Assembly (NCBI GenBank): GCA_030704615.1
Contig: CM060734.1
Coordinates: 34,348,001 to 34,412,000 of the forward strand
Reading direction: 5' to 3'
Source of the DNA: Takakia lepidozioides
Taxonomy: Eukaryota; Plantae; Bryophyta
Length of the DNA stretch: 64,000 nucleotides
Part shown: piece by piece, positions 13,368 through 25,176 of the stretch
Layout of the letters: every line of letters starts with the position of its first letter
Position numbering within the stretch: position 1 is the stretch's first letter
Program-made: the position numbers and the translations under genes
The notes under the pieces: model-generated
The model's input: only the letters and a program-made list of their open reading frames with translations
Databases searched by the model: none
What the model was told of the DNA's origin: nothing

Positions 13368-16096
13368 GAGGTAACAGTGTGAGTTCAGATTCCATCAAAA
13401 CAATAAGCAGATTCCGCGGATTGTCTTCCCTGCGCCACCTCCTTGGGGTAGGAGAAAATATCGTTGAAGAAAGCGCCATGCCGCGTTGCTCTGCTGTCGA
13501 GGTGGGTTGATGACCACGGAAGGGACGAGAGGTAGAAGCTCGATCTCATCGCGGGAAGATGCTCAGATCGTTGTTCTACCTTGCTAGCTGTGCAATCGCA
13601 CAAGAAGGAAGACCAGTATTTGACAGGAGAAGAGAAGCAACTTGGGCGCTTCTCAAGGCAGAAGTAGGGAGGGAGCGAGGGAAGAAGGTAGGCATACTCG
13701 GCAATTAAGTGATACTTATGCCATTCTGGAGCGCGCTCTGGAGCTGGGGAACCATTGTGCAGTCCTCCCTGCAGCAGCCAGCTAGTAAGTAGTACTACAA
13801 TCACACCGACTTTCTGTACCTGGGGGAAGGTACAACACTGCAATACTTTTGGCCAGTGCACTCCTTTACTCTCCCTCCACCTTTCACACCTATCCCAGTA
13901 CTGTACCTAGGACCCAGTCATTTAATCTCCCTCCACTTTTCAGACCCATCCCATCTCTGTACTGTGTACCTGGGGGAAGGTACAACATTGCAAGACTTTT
14001 GACAACTATTGGGCGGGTTCTTTGATGTCCTTGCGAAGCCCCCGTTTGTAAGGACCCAGCCAGGATTTCTTAGTTAGAGAGCATGGCACCTTATGAGGAG
14101 GGATTTTCCTGCCAAGTGAAGATGGCACCCTTGTGCTCTTGTATAAGCCTTCTGACGAGGGAAAAATCAAAATGCGAAATCCTTGCTGTTTCTTTACGCA
14201 GGGTGAGGCCCCTCATTTCAGGAAGGCCCCTGTCATGGGGCCTCACCCGACACTAAAATACTTACCCTTGGCACTGTAGGATCAATGCCCAGTTGGGACC
14301 AGTATTGTGCCTGTATGCGTGGTTGAACCTTGGTAAGGAATATAGATATGAATACGTGTATATTGAAGAACATACCATGGGGGTATGTACTCAGTTGTAC
14401 ATGTATTGAGGGGAGTATGTCCTTAGGGTTTCACCCACACATACCATACCAGTATGGGTAAGCACACGCGTAGCAAGGTCCCCATACCAGTGTTGCAGGC
14501 GAGGTCAGTGCGGATGGAGCTAGGTATGAGTGTCAGTTAGTGCAGCTAGTCTAAATCTGTACTATCATTTTGTTAACTCAAATTATTTTGTTGCAATTTA
14601 GACTTCATTTGCCTTTCACTGCTTCATGCTACTTTGGATTACCTCTGTCTAGTACTGTTTCATAGTTCAAACCACAATTAGCTTTGTGCTTTGTTCTATG
14701 TATGGTGAGCAATAGAAATACCATACCAATGCTCATATGTCTAGGTAGTATCATTTTTGTTCAAAGACAATACCAATACCACGATGTACTTATTGAGCTT
14801 TCCATTAAATAGCTGATGGTTCGACTCCTATATAAATATAAATATAAACAGTTCAAACAGTTTACATAGCAAGAGAGAGAATTTTTGTAGAAAAGAGCGT
14901 CAGATGTGAGACTCTCTACAAACTCAGTAGCACTCACCAGCAAGCCCAATGACACAATCCCCAAAGAACAACCTTAATCTAATAAAGGAGGTCATTTTGA
15001 TTGAGAGCCTAGCGAGCCGTCATGACAACTACAACTGAAGCACAACCCCCATTTTTGATCTACTTACACTATGCACCTTCAAGCACATAAGGATTGATTG
15101 AATCACATATCTAAAAAGGGTGCTTGCTACGACCTGGAGCAGCCGCTACCCTAGTCGTCCTGGAGCCACCACTCCAAGCTCCTGCTAGAGCAACTCACTG
15201 GCCCCACCACCCTCCTGCCACCACTCCTGTCGTCGTTCTTCAATGCTCCATAAGTTTCCAGATCGTAGGTTGTTCTAGAATATTCCTAAGCCCAACCGCC
15301 CCGTCGTTTTTTTCTAGAACTTTCCCCTATTTCTACGCAGGGACCTACACCTGCCCTCATTATTCGCACGTTCCAGTGGCCCAGCCCGCCCTCCCCATTG
15401 GCTGGGCCATTCGTCTTTTTCTGACCTTTCCGGTTAACGCCTTGGGATCCTTCATTTTCAGACCCTTCATTCCGTTAATTAATACAGGTGGCCTTATTAC
15501 ATTGGCCCCCTCTTTTAACTCCTGGACCACGCTAATTCCTAGACCACTCTAGAATTAACCGGCCCGAATGCAACTACTTTACATATTTATATGCAGACCA
15601 AAATATAAGTATTCATACCAGCCTATTCATATCCAAGTTGCTCATACCTATATAGATGTACCTATACCAGCCTAGTATTAAAAAAAATGGGTGGGACCTC
15701 TCATACGAGGACCACTCTGATGGATGTACGTCTTTGGTAGTTGAGTATTAAAAAATGGACGTACGTCCAACTCTGGTTGGGACCCATCACCCTTGCCATC
15801 TGGAGTCTCTCAATCCAATTTGCCACATCCTGGCTTTCTCTCCCGCAAAAAAAGTACATCTATTCCGGAGGGGCTCCTCATTCTAAACGTGTTTACTTCT
15901 ATTAAATCCTTTGATATCTAAAGTCTCATTCACGGAATTTAAACCATCTCTCATTGTGGAGAGGATGTCTTGTAAGAGTTGCGTATCCACCTTGTGTTTA
16001 AGTTCTCAACCAAAGTACAATAATTTTTTTGATTCAACAGTGAATGACTTTGATGCAAACAATTCCATTGACAGACCTAACCATGTGTCTAAAATA

Positions 16097-16177
16097 TTGG
16101 GCCCATCCTCGACAAGGGGCAGTAGCCGTACGGCGAAGTGGTTTTTAGACACGCCAACTTGGCCGGAGTCTTCTCTC
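16097..16177 (+). mobile_element. Extremely 5'-truncated copy of the RLE-type LINE (3' end only) with TSD
   Basis: Homologous to the reverse complement of ~9098-9185; flanked by the direct repeat tctaaaata (16088-16096 and 16178-16186). Confidence 0.75.
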
Positions 16178-16694
16178 TCTAAAATACGATATTCTTGGCT
16201 CATTCTGTGGCTGTTGGTCAATGATTACAATGTCTCCAACAGCAGGGTTTGTAGAGAATATTGAACTATCTAGGCTTGGCATTTTGAAAACACTTTGTTA
16301 TTCAATTCTATCCCTTGTACCATTCCCATATGGAATTTCCCATTTGTGAGCATCTCCATTCCACCTCCCCATGTCACTTCCCTATATTCAAGAGTATTTA
16401 TGCTCTCCCAATTACCTTCAACCCTTACCCATAGGATACTATTCTTCTCCCTCCTGCATGAGTCTAATGTGAATGTGTCCATCATAAAGTCTCCATGCCG
16501 GGTTGAATAAGTAGACTCTTGGATCCCTATAAGTGCGATTAGCACTGAAACATAGCAAAATATCTCATATTCTAGGTTGCTCAGGAATAAGATATTGGTC
16601 TCTTCCTAGCATTGAACAAGACTATTACCCCTTTTGAGACTAAGTTGTAACGTTCATGATCTTACTGCATCTACCTTTGTTGTGAAGACCTATG

Positions 16695-16705
16695 GCTCTG
16701 ATACC
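16695..16705 (-). other. tRNA-iMet primer-binding site of an older, degenerate LTR element; gag-like remnant near 15750-15870
   Basis: Minus strand reads ...gtgtgaca ggtatcagagc, an LTR end followed by the iMet PBS. FAGESQDVANWIE gag-like peptide lies downstream. Confidence 0.6.
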
Positions 16706-16752
16706 TGTCACACTTGCTAACAAAGCTCATTAGTCACAACAACAAAAGGGGG

Positions 16753-17105
16753 TGTCGTGCGCATACATATCGCTACACAACTACATCGCTATCCAAACCA
16801 CACCACACATAGATGCACAATAAAGTAGTCTGCCACAATCAGGCTCAAGTCGAGAGAGATGAGTTGCGCGACTGACGCTCTCGTGAAGATAAGATGGTTC
16901 AGGTGTCAAGCTCAAAATTGACACCTGACTTAACACTTGAACTAAATCCAAGTGTTAAATACAAATAACTAGTTTTATTCTAGTTAGTTTCACACTGTGT
17001 TTATTTAACTTGACAGCTGTCGTGCGCATACATATCGCTACACAACTACATCGTTGTCCAAACCACACCACACATAGATGCACAATAAAGTAGTCTGCCA
17101 CAATC
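16753..17105 (-). repeat. 3' terminal block of element 1: A (16753-16840), B (16840-17015), gc, A' (17018-17105)
   Basis: A and A' are 88-bp direct repeats with 2 differences; B matches 28221-28396; PPT-like aggggggc on the minus strand at 17106-17113. Confidence 0.95.
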
Positions 17106-17362
17106 GCCCCCCTAGCTGGTGGATAGGTCCCTCTAACTCCAGATAGCTACAAGATGTAATAGCCACAGCCGTACTAAGTTCTCTATCACTGGCCCTGTTG
17201 TACTCAAACTCTGTAGACCAAGAGGCCGGGTACAAGAGTAGCCCCATCGTTAGTCGCCGTCTTGCAATCTGTGAACTTGAGCCAGGATCTCGTGTGTTCA
17301 AGGTCTCCTAGTAGCTTGGCCTTGCATTTCTTGTTAGCCTCCCATGGTTGTATCCACTCCCT

Positions 17363-19342
17363 CTATCCAATGCATTGTGGACATAACCAATCCCCATCCG
17401 GAACCATCTCAAGAGGTGGAGTCAAGCATCCCATATGCCAACCTCTAGAGCATCGATCACACACCAGCATGGTGGCTGCCCCTTTAGCAGACCCACACAA
17501 CATGCACCTCAAACTTGCAGATACCACTGCCAGGTTTGGGTCAATCCTGCCATCGACATTCGGAAGGTGACATGGCGCACAATTACGCACATGGTCCTTC
17601 CAAGTTATGCCATCCCGACCCTCCAAGACCAAGATGCGTGAGGGCAAGACCTCTCGAACCCTCAAAATAACACGTCTTGCAGTCATATCCAAGGTCGTAG
17701 GAGCAGTCTGCTGTAGATAGACATAGTCACCAGGGTTGAATCTCCGAACCCCAGGACGATAGCCCCGACCACGTATGGTAGCATACCTCAACGTATCACG
17801 GTGTTGTGCAATGGCAAGGTTCTCGAAAGCCATGGGCATGACTTTCTTGAACAATTCTGCACGCTGCTCACATGCACGTGCCCACACGTCCGGATCGTCA
17901 AGGTTAAGAACTGTAGCAGCTTCTCTGCGAATGGATGTAGGCAAATCCGGCTCTCGGCCAAAGAGAAGAAAGTATGGTGAGAAGGAGGCAAGTGATGTTT
18001 GCTTGCTGAACCTGTAGCCCATGGCTAACCAGGGTAACTGAAGGTCCCAATCTCCTAGGTGTCCCTTCTGCAAGCCATACTTGCGCAAACCCCTCTTTAC
18101 TATCTGAACAACTCTCTCTGCCAAGCCATCGGCCTCAGGATGATCCCGAGAAGTGGTGCGGTGGTTTATCAAGGCCTTGTCACACAAAGCCTGAAACTCC
18201 CCCAAGAACTCTCTCCCTTGGTCCGTGAGTACCTCAGCTGGAGCACCGAATCGGCTAAGCACACAATCCAAGAATGCATACGCAGCTCCCTCACTAGCCT
18301 TATATGGAACCAATTCAATCCACTTGGAGAAGTGCTCCACCATCACCAATACGTACTTGTTGTGACGCATGGTCAGTGGCAATGGCCCTGCGAAGTCAAG
18401 ACTCCACCTGTAGCCCAATCCCATGATCGGAAGAGGGTGCAATTGTGGAGTAGGGGCGTTGAATGAAGCACGCACCCTGTCACACACCATGCACCTAGCC
18501 ACAAATTGTTGCACCTCTATGTGCATACCACGCCACCAATACTGCCCCTGCAGTAGACTATGAGTGCGTCGTACCCCAAAATGCCCCAACTCCTCATGGG
18601 CATGCCGCACTAACCGTGCCCGCTGTGTTGGGTGAGGCACAATCCTCACTCGACCATCCTCCCACACTCGGAGCAGGTGTGTCCCCTCCCACTTGAACCT
18701 CTTGGCTCGTTGTAGGATCCGATCCCTCTCCTTGGCAGTCACAGTGGCTGCAGTGCCTCCAGTGCGGAGGTAGTCCAACACAATTGAATCCTCATGTATA
18801 TCTTTGGCGCCACCTTGCTCATTGCTGGCCTCAGGGTCCTCAGACACTTGATCTATAGTCATCCCTGTTGCAGGTCCAACCTGGCCTCCCGCTGCCAAGA
18901 TACACAGGAATGCAGATGCATGCCATCCGGGCACCATCTCCTCGTCCGTCTCACCATGCCACCGAGCTCCAGTGTCATCCTGCTGGCTCGTGCATGGATT
19001 GCGACTCAACCTATCTGCATTGCGATTGACCAAACCCGGTCGATGCACAACCTGAAAGTCATATTCTTGAAGGATGAGTGCCCACCGTGCAAGCTTCCCC
19101 GTAAGCTTGTCTGACTCCATCAACCACTTGAGTGGTTGGTGATCCGTGACAAGGGTGAAGAGATTGCCGTATAGATAGCACCTGAAGTGTGCCACGGCCC
19201 ACACTGCAGCTAAGCATTCTCCCTCATATGAACTATACTTAGACTCTGCAACGTTGTTCGAACGGCTAGCATAAGCCACTACGAACTCTCTTCCCTCATC
19301 ATCCATTGTGTGAGCACCGCTCCAAGCCCCAGCATGCTCCAA
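17363..19342 (-). CDS. Pol C-terminus of element 1: RNaseH end, integrase (HHCC, DDE) and C-terminal PHD finger
   Basis: HEELGHFG...CMVC, LDFAGP, LTDQGREF, DGLAERVV, and CMLCG...LVCDRCSRGWHMGCLTPPL...WLCPQC (C4HC3). Confidence 0.95.
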   Translation of the reverse strand: MEHAGAWSGAHTMDDEGREFVVAYASRSNNVAESKYSSYEGECLAAVWAVAHFRCYLYGNLFTLVTDHQPLKWLMESDKLTGKLARWALILQEYDFQVVHRPGLVNRNADRLSRNPCTSQQDDTGARWHGETDEEMVPGWHASAFLCILAAGGQVGPATGMTIDQVSEDPEASNEQGGAKDIHEDSIVLDYLRTGGTAATVTAKERDRILQRAKRFKWEGTHLLRVWEDGRVRIVPHPTQRARLVRHAHEELGHFGVRRTHSLLQGQYWWRGMHIEVQQFVARCMVCDRVRASFNAPTPQLHPLPIMGLGYRWSLDFAGPLPLTMRHNKYVLVMVEHFSKWIELVPYKASEGAAYAFLDCVLSRFGAPAEVLTDQGREFLGEFQALCDKALINHRTTSRDHPEADGLAERVVQIVKRGLRKYGLQKGHLGDWDLQLPWLAMGYRFSKQTSLASFSPYFLLFGREPDLPTSIRREAATVLNLDDPDVWARACEQRAELFKKVMPMAFENLAIAQHRDTLRYATIRGRGYRPGVRRFNPGDYVYLQQTAPTTLDMTARRVILRVREVLPSRILVLEGRDGITWKDHVRNCAPCHLPNVDGRIDPNLAVVSASLRCMLCGSAKGAATMLVCDRCSRGWHMGCLTPPLEMVPDGDWLCPQCIG

Positions 19343-20340
19343 TCTGTATGCAGCTGAAAAGAACGCCCCCTAATAGGCCGTCTCAAGATGGGCGCCGAGG
19401 TCAACCTCGCCTTGAGCTCTTGAAAAGCTTGTTCTTGCTCATCTTCCCACTGACACTCCTGGTCCACCTTGGTCAGCTTGGTTAGAGCCTTTGCAATGGC
19501 ACTAAATCCCTTAACAAACCGTCTATAATAGTTTGCTAACCCCATGAAAGCTCGAACTCGGCTCACATCCATGGGGCGTGGAACCTGTGCAATGGACTCT
19601 ACCTTAGTCTGCTGTACCCCCAATCCTCCAGGATATATCATGTGACCCAGATACTCAATCTGGTTGTGGAAAAACTTGCACTTTCCCGGATGTAACTTCA
19701 ATCCGTGCGCCCTCAAGCGCTCAAATACCCCCTGAAGGTGTCTCTCATGCTCCTCCACCGTAGCACTAAAGATGATGATGTCATCTATGTAGCACCGAGC
19801 AAACTCCACCCCTGCTAGAATCCTGTCCATGACTCTTTGAAACTCAGCAGGAGCGTTTTTAAGCCCAAATGGTAAGAACCGCCACTGGTATAGGCAATCC
19901 TTCCCGTGCTCATTGATCCCCCAGAATGCCGTCTTTTGCTTATCCGCCTCCTTGATCGGCAACTGGTGATATCCGGATCGTAAATCCAACGTGCTAAAGA
20001 CCTTGGCATGCCCAATGGCATCAAAGATCTCCTCTGGTGTTGGCATGGTGATTACAGTCCGGTAATCACCGCACATACGTCTCTCCGTCCAATTGCCAAA
20101 GACATCCTTCTTGGCTGGCATCACTGTGGCTGAAGCATACTCTCCCCCAGATAGCTCCACCAAACCAGCCTCCCAAAGGTCTTGAGTTCTCATCTGAATC
20201 AAGAACCTCTCCATGTCACTGTATCTATAGGGTCTCCAAAAGATTGGCATGTCAGTAGCCAATTCAATGCGAATCTCTTGACCCTTCAGTGCTCCTAAGT
20301 CCTTCAAACTGAAGGCAAAGTAGTTCCTGTAAGCCCTCAA
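19279..20340 (-). CDS. Reverse transcriptase and RNaseH start, element 1
   Basis: RMCGDYR, LDLRSGYHQ, PFGLKNAPAEFQ, YIDDIIIF, YLGH, LHTDWS. Confidence 0.97.
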   Translation of the reverse strand: MRAYRNYFAFSLKDLGALKGQEIRIELATDMPIFWRPYRYSDMERFLIQMRTQDLWEAGLVELSGGEYASATVMPAKKDVFGNWTERRMCGDYRTVITMPTPEEIFDAIGHAKVFSTLDLRSGYHQLPIKEADKQKTAFWGINEHGKDCLYQWRFLPFGLKNAPAEFQRVMDRILAGVEFARCYIDDIIIFSATVEEHERHLQGVFERLRAHGLKLHPGKCKFFHNQIEYLGHMIYPGGLGVQQTKVESIAQVPRPMDVSRVRAFMGLANYYRRFVKGFSAIAKALTKLTKVDQECQWEDEQEQAFQELKARLTSAPILRRPIRGRSFQLHTDWSMLGLGAVLTQWMMREESS

Positions 20341-20769
20341 GAACCGCCGTATACGTCGTCTCTCTCCTCCCGTGACTATAGGTCCAACATCAGGCTCCCA
20401 GTTGTCCTCCGTGACTGCAACCTTGAGTCCAGCAGGCTTAGAGGTAGAAGACGCGTCCCGTGGTTGCTATGCTGCAACCTCTTGAGCAGTGACCACTGCC
20501 TCCTCTGTCCGTGACAATGTCTCACCCTGCCCCATCATCCCATCCTTGAGGACCTCCTCAACCCGAGACAAATCCCCAACCTGATCCATCACCGCCGCCT
20601 TGGCTGCCAACTCTTTATGAACCTCGAGCACCTCCCACGTGTGCCATGGATGCGGCCTGCACCTCGTGGTCCCCACCTGCTCGCCCCCACTCGCTGCCTG
20701 TACCGTCTCGGTAGGCAGGGAGACCATGAAGGGAAGTGTACTTCGCACTCTGCGCTGCTCAGCCATAGC

Positions 20770-21720
20770 CAAGCTGATGATCCAGGTCAAGCAATTGAGA
20801 TCCATTGCTTGCCCCAACACCTGACGACGTGATGCCTCAGAAAGAGAGGGCACCGCCGTGGTACCAGTGGTAAAACCCATCGCCCGCTCGCGCTCGTCAG
20901 CATTGGGCTCCACTAATTGTTGCAACTGGCTATCCCACAAGAGGCCAGGTCCACCATCCCGAAAAGCATGGGATCCTGGGAAGCTGAGCAGTGTAGGTAA
21001 TGCTGCTCGTGGTTGACCCACCCTGTTGACCACTGCCAAAGGCGAACGGTCATCGTGTCTCACACGTTGAGACTGCCTCCCTGTGTCCAAAATGCTATCC
21101 ACTGTGAGGTGTGCTGGCCACTGCACCCCATCAAATGCACGCTTGAGCAGTGCGGGTGGCATCAAGTTAGTCCACCATAGTCGTGGACGATGAGCCCGTG
21201 ACCCCACTGCAGCTGCATCCAGCAACAGTGCTGACCCAAGCCACGACCGGACTTGATGCACACTGGCCATCACCCTGGCCCGAGAATCACCCATCAATGG
21301 CACATTCTCCAAGATGTATGCTGGAGATACAGCTTGATGAAGCTGCAAGTGACGCAAAACCCGCACCATCTCCCAAAACAGACCCGTCCTTGAGTCTCGC
21401 AATCCATTGCCATACCCGGCTGATGAATGCCCTTGGCAGGGCCAACCTGCCACTACCAGATCAATGGAGCAACCTGCTCCAAATCCTGCGCCCCCTAGCA
21501 ACAAAATGTCTGCTGCAAGGCTTGTTGGTATCCACGAACTACAGACACTGGCAACAAATCAGGGTACTGATGTACCAACTGAGCAACATGGCGTCGTGAG
21601 ACGCGTCGTGTCTCATCCTTCTCCACATACAGGTAACGTCGAACTCGTACACCTGTCTGCAGCACTGCAGCCAATCCAGTGCTGATCCTGCCAAACAAGT
21701 CCAGAAGGCATATGCCTTCA
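20770..21720 (-). CDS. DNMT3-like C5 cytosine methyltransferase domain inside pol of element 1 (frameshift near 21500)
   Basis: Motif I LLDLFGRISTG; motif IV IDLVVAGWPCQG; motif VI YILENV; motif VIII DAAAVGSRAHRPRLWWTN; motifs IX/X ERERAMGF...SRRQVLGQAMD. Confidence 0.92.
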
Positions 21721-22099
21721 TCCGGGCACTGCCACACAAGAGGTGTGGTGTCCAATGGCGACAACTGAGGTGGTCCTGGTGCAATCACCGCACTCTCCTC
21801 TTCTCCTGACGGTACGAAGGCCTCTACCCAGGCTTGTTGCACCCGTCCATCAGCAGCCTGCTGCAAATCCTTACTCGTACCCCACAATGGAGTGTGAGCA
21901 ACCATGGCGGGCAACTCCGCCGTACCATGCATGTCATCCTGCTCTGCGGGAGGTGGCACATCCTCTGCATGGGCATTGCCCTCCAGCAACTCTCCAGGCC
22001 AACTAACTGCAGCTGTAAAGGCAGCTAGTGTTGGCATCTTGCCCCGCTGGGCAGCCGCAATACCTCCAATGAATGTCACAGGGAGCTGTACACAACGAC

Positions 22100-22520
22100 C
22101 CTCCCCTGACAGCCATCCAGGCCTATAGGAAGCTGACTCCTCCCAAAAATCCAGGGTGAAGCCCATGGGGTACAACACTGCCCCACCAACCAGGACATCG
22201 TACGAGACCGCGTCTATCACAATGGCCTTGGCTCGCATCACTGAGCCATCTGTAGGGTGATCCGGCTGTAGTACAATGGCCAACTCACGCCGTGTCATGC
22301 CCCGAGCCTACTCTGATCCTGCCAGAGATGTCTGTATCTGGAAAGGACAAGGCTCCATATCCGCCTCCATGAGGCCCAAACCTGCAATAGCAGCTCTGCC
22401 CAACATCAGTGGCTGAGCTCCCGAGTCCAACAAGACCCGCAGTGGCCGGTACTTCTTGCCTGCCGGTCCACTCAAAGTGAAAATGCCATCCTGGTTGTCT
22501 AACAAGACAACTCCAGGTGT
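22100..22520 (-). CDS. Aspartic protease, element 1
   Basis: VLLDSGAQPLMLG active site followed by YDVLVGG. Confidence 0.88.
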
Positions 22521-23058
22521 TACCATGGCGCGCTCAAAGGCTGGCCTAGCTGGCAGCTCCGTCAACCTGGCAGCTGCAGCTTGCCATGGCGCAACCATGG
22601 CAGTCTTGACCCTCAAATCCGAGGATCCCTCTCCCACTACACCTTCCACTAACTCCGCAGAAGATGAAGTGACCTCCCCACTCTTACATAGTGTTGCTGC
22701 TAGTCTGAACACTACAGCTGGTCTTACCCCGGCGTCGCAATCATGGTTGCCAAGAACAGTGGGGCTTGACACACAGAGGTGGCTGCCCCCAACAACACAC
22801 CGGCTGCACTAGCCTGGGTAGCAGGTGTCAGTGCTGTCACGTGTAGCTCTCCCCAATGGCATAGTAACCTCCGCCTCGGTAACATCGGGCGAGAACTAGG
22901 TGCCATGGATGGCGTCGACACAGTCTCCACCAATGTGAATGACTGAGGAGCCTCGCCTGACGGCTTGCCTCCCCATGCTGTGGATCCAATTCCACCTCTG
23001 CACCTCGTGGCTAAGGAACTCGTGCTACTCCTCGAGTCACGGCTGCAACAGACTCCAC

Positions 23059-24545
23059 CTACACTAGTGGTAGTGCTGCTCCGCACATGAATCCCATGCC
23101 TCCCATATCTCCTCCCTTAGGCGCAGGAGGTAGACCATCCCGCCTGGGAGCCGGTACCGCCTGAGCTGTAGCCATGGCAGCGAGCCTCTGCTCTAGCTGC
23201 TGAAGCCGGTTGGCCATGCCTTGGTCAACACCCTGACCTCCGCGTCCTTGGCCATGTTGAGCTTGCCCTTGGCCTGCACCTCGTGCCCGGCCACCTCGTC
23301 CTCTCTGGGCTGGTCCACCTCGCCCCCGGCCACCATTTTTCCCTTGGAACTGGCCTGGGCGCAACTCAGGATGCAAGTCATAACACTGGGCATCTCCATG
23401 CCCATACTTGCCACAATGCCCACACTGCAACTGTGCAGGCTGTGCTTGTGCCGGCCTTTTGCCACTCTCTGGGCAATCTCTCTTGACATGGGGTCCTCCA
23501 CATGTCCACATATCACCCCTGGTTGTTGTTGGCTTGCAAAAGATGCACGGCCTCTGCACCTGAGGTCCCCTATAAGCTCCATGGAACTTGGGTTGGGAAA
23601 CCTTGCCCCCCTGACCACGCTGTTGGGCAGTCCCTTGTGCCTGTGGGCTGGCAGCTGTGCCTCGTACAGGCATGTCCTTGCCAAATCAATGGTAACAACT
23701 CGCTCCTCCACCATGTTGAGCTCAATCCGCTCAGCCAACAGAAACACATCTGTTGATGTGGGTTGGGCCGCTTGTAATAGGGTTGCATCCCGCACCCTTC
23801 TCCTGAGCTCCTTGTCCAAAATTCCATACCAGAATTGGATTGCCTGAGCTTTAGTAACCCCTTGGGTCACACTTATCAAGCGCCTCATACGAGTGTAGGC
23901 CTCTCGCAGGCCGGGTTGAATCTAGGCACATGTGTTGTAGTCGTGGCAGGAGGAGTAGTAACACCTTTTGAACTGGTACCACCTGCAGAAGTACCGGCAC
24001 TACTTGTTCCACTACTAGTGCTGGCAGTGGGAGATATTGGTGCTGATGCAGCTACTGGTCGCGCCGTGCCTCGAGTAATAGAGACGTAGTCAAGTGACCA
24101 ATACATCCTCCACTCCTCAATCTCTGCTTCATGTCCTCGCCTGAACTCGTGGTAATCGTCCATAGGCGGGCTTTCCAAATTCTGGAACAGTCCCTTCCAC
24201 GCCATGAATAGGGTGAATAGCTGTGGATTACGCATCTGCTGCAAATCACACCAGCTGTCGAACTCCTGGATAAAGTCATCCAACTCGATTGTGCTTACAG
24301 CTCCAGAGTACCTACGAGGCCCCTTGGTAGCTCCATACATCTCCTCCATGTCGTCCCACACAATGGCGAATGAAACTGCACACCTGTTGATGAAGCCTCC
24401 GAGTCTGTGTCTGACTCTGCACTAGTGGAGGTGTGAGGTGAAGGTGGTCTGAAATGAACACCCTCGTCTGGTGAACCCACTCTCACTGCTACTGCCTGTA
24501 GCCGTACTCCCCTCAGAACCCCTGGGTAACTCCGTGATGACACTC
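23059..24545 (-). pseudogene. Gag of element 1 with two zinc knuckles; internal deletion near 23910
   Basis: LDDFIQEFDSWCD, YTRMRRL, WTCGGPHVKRDC, CGHCGKYGHGDAQC. Lacks the VVEFF...SESLRE segment present in the other two copies. Confidence 0.9.
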
Positions 24546-25176
24546 ACAATGTGCACCTCCCCCACGTGACACTATAAGGCTCTAGTACTAATTCTAATAG
24601 TGACACGGGTGGGCACCTGTTGCAGTTTAAGGGTCATATCCCAATGGCTCAGGGCACCTGCACTTGCATCCACCGCAAGAACTCCTATGGTTGGCTGGTC
24701 ATCAACCCAGTCTCACCATAGAAGAAACACTGGTGGTCTTGCTGGTCATCATCCAGCCTGGCATACTCTAGGATTGACCGGTGATCCAATCCGGCCTAAT
24801 CCCTATGAAAGCAAGCGCCCACACAAAACCAACATGGCGTACAGTCAAGCATGCAGGTGTTGGGGGGGATCCAAACACAAGAAATCAAACATCAACACCA
24901 ACCCCCACACCAAAATCCATCTGCAATGCGATCCTGCAGAATATCCCAGCCCAAACCCCGGACTGACTGGCCTCCACCAAAGAGGCTTTGGCAACTACAA
25001 GTACAAGGTAATGAAAATAGTATAGAGATGGAGGGGAAGAATAGAAGCCCGACCCAACAAGATCAACTGCCAGACTTCTCTCAAAGTGCCTCGCTCTGCA
25101 TGATGGTAAGGTGTAGGAGGTATATCTATGTCCAGAAACCTGCCACTAACCTTGTCCCAAGCTACAGTAGCTCGCT

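Noticed and set aside
14040-15700. Further LTR-like sequence starting tgtaaggacc
   Set aside because: No second copy, PBS/PPT pairing or coding motif to define it
16753-17105. A-B-A block as an independent TRIM or tandem-insertion artefact
   Set aside because: The TSD pairs the outer A with the distant 5' B, the PPT abuts A', and the layout recurs in a diverged subfamily
20467-21720. Bacterial restriction-modification gene, contamination, or host DNMT gene
   Set aside because: It is intronless and sits at the same position inside pol in two elements, surrounded by plant repeats
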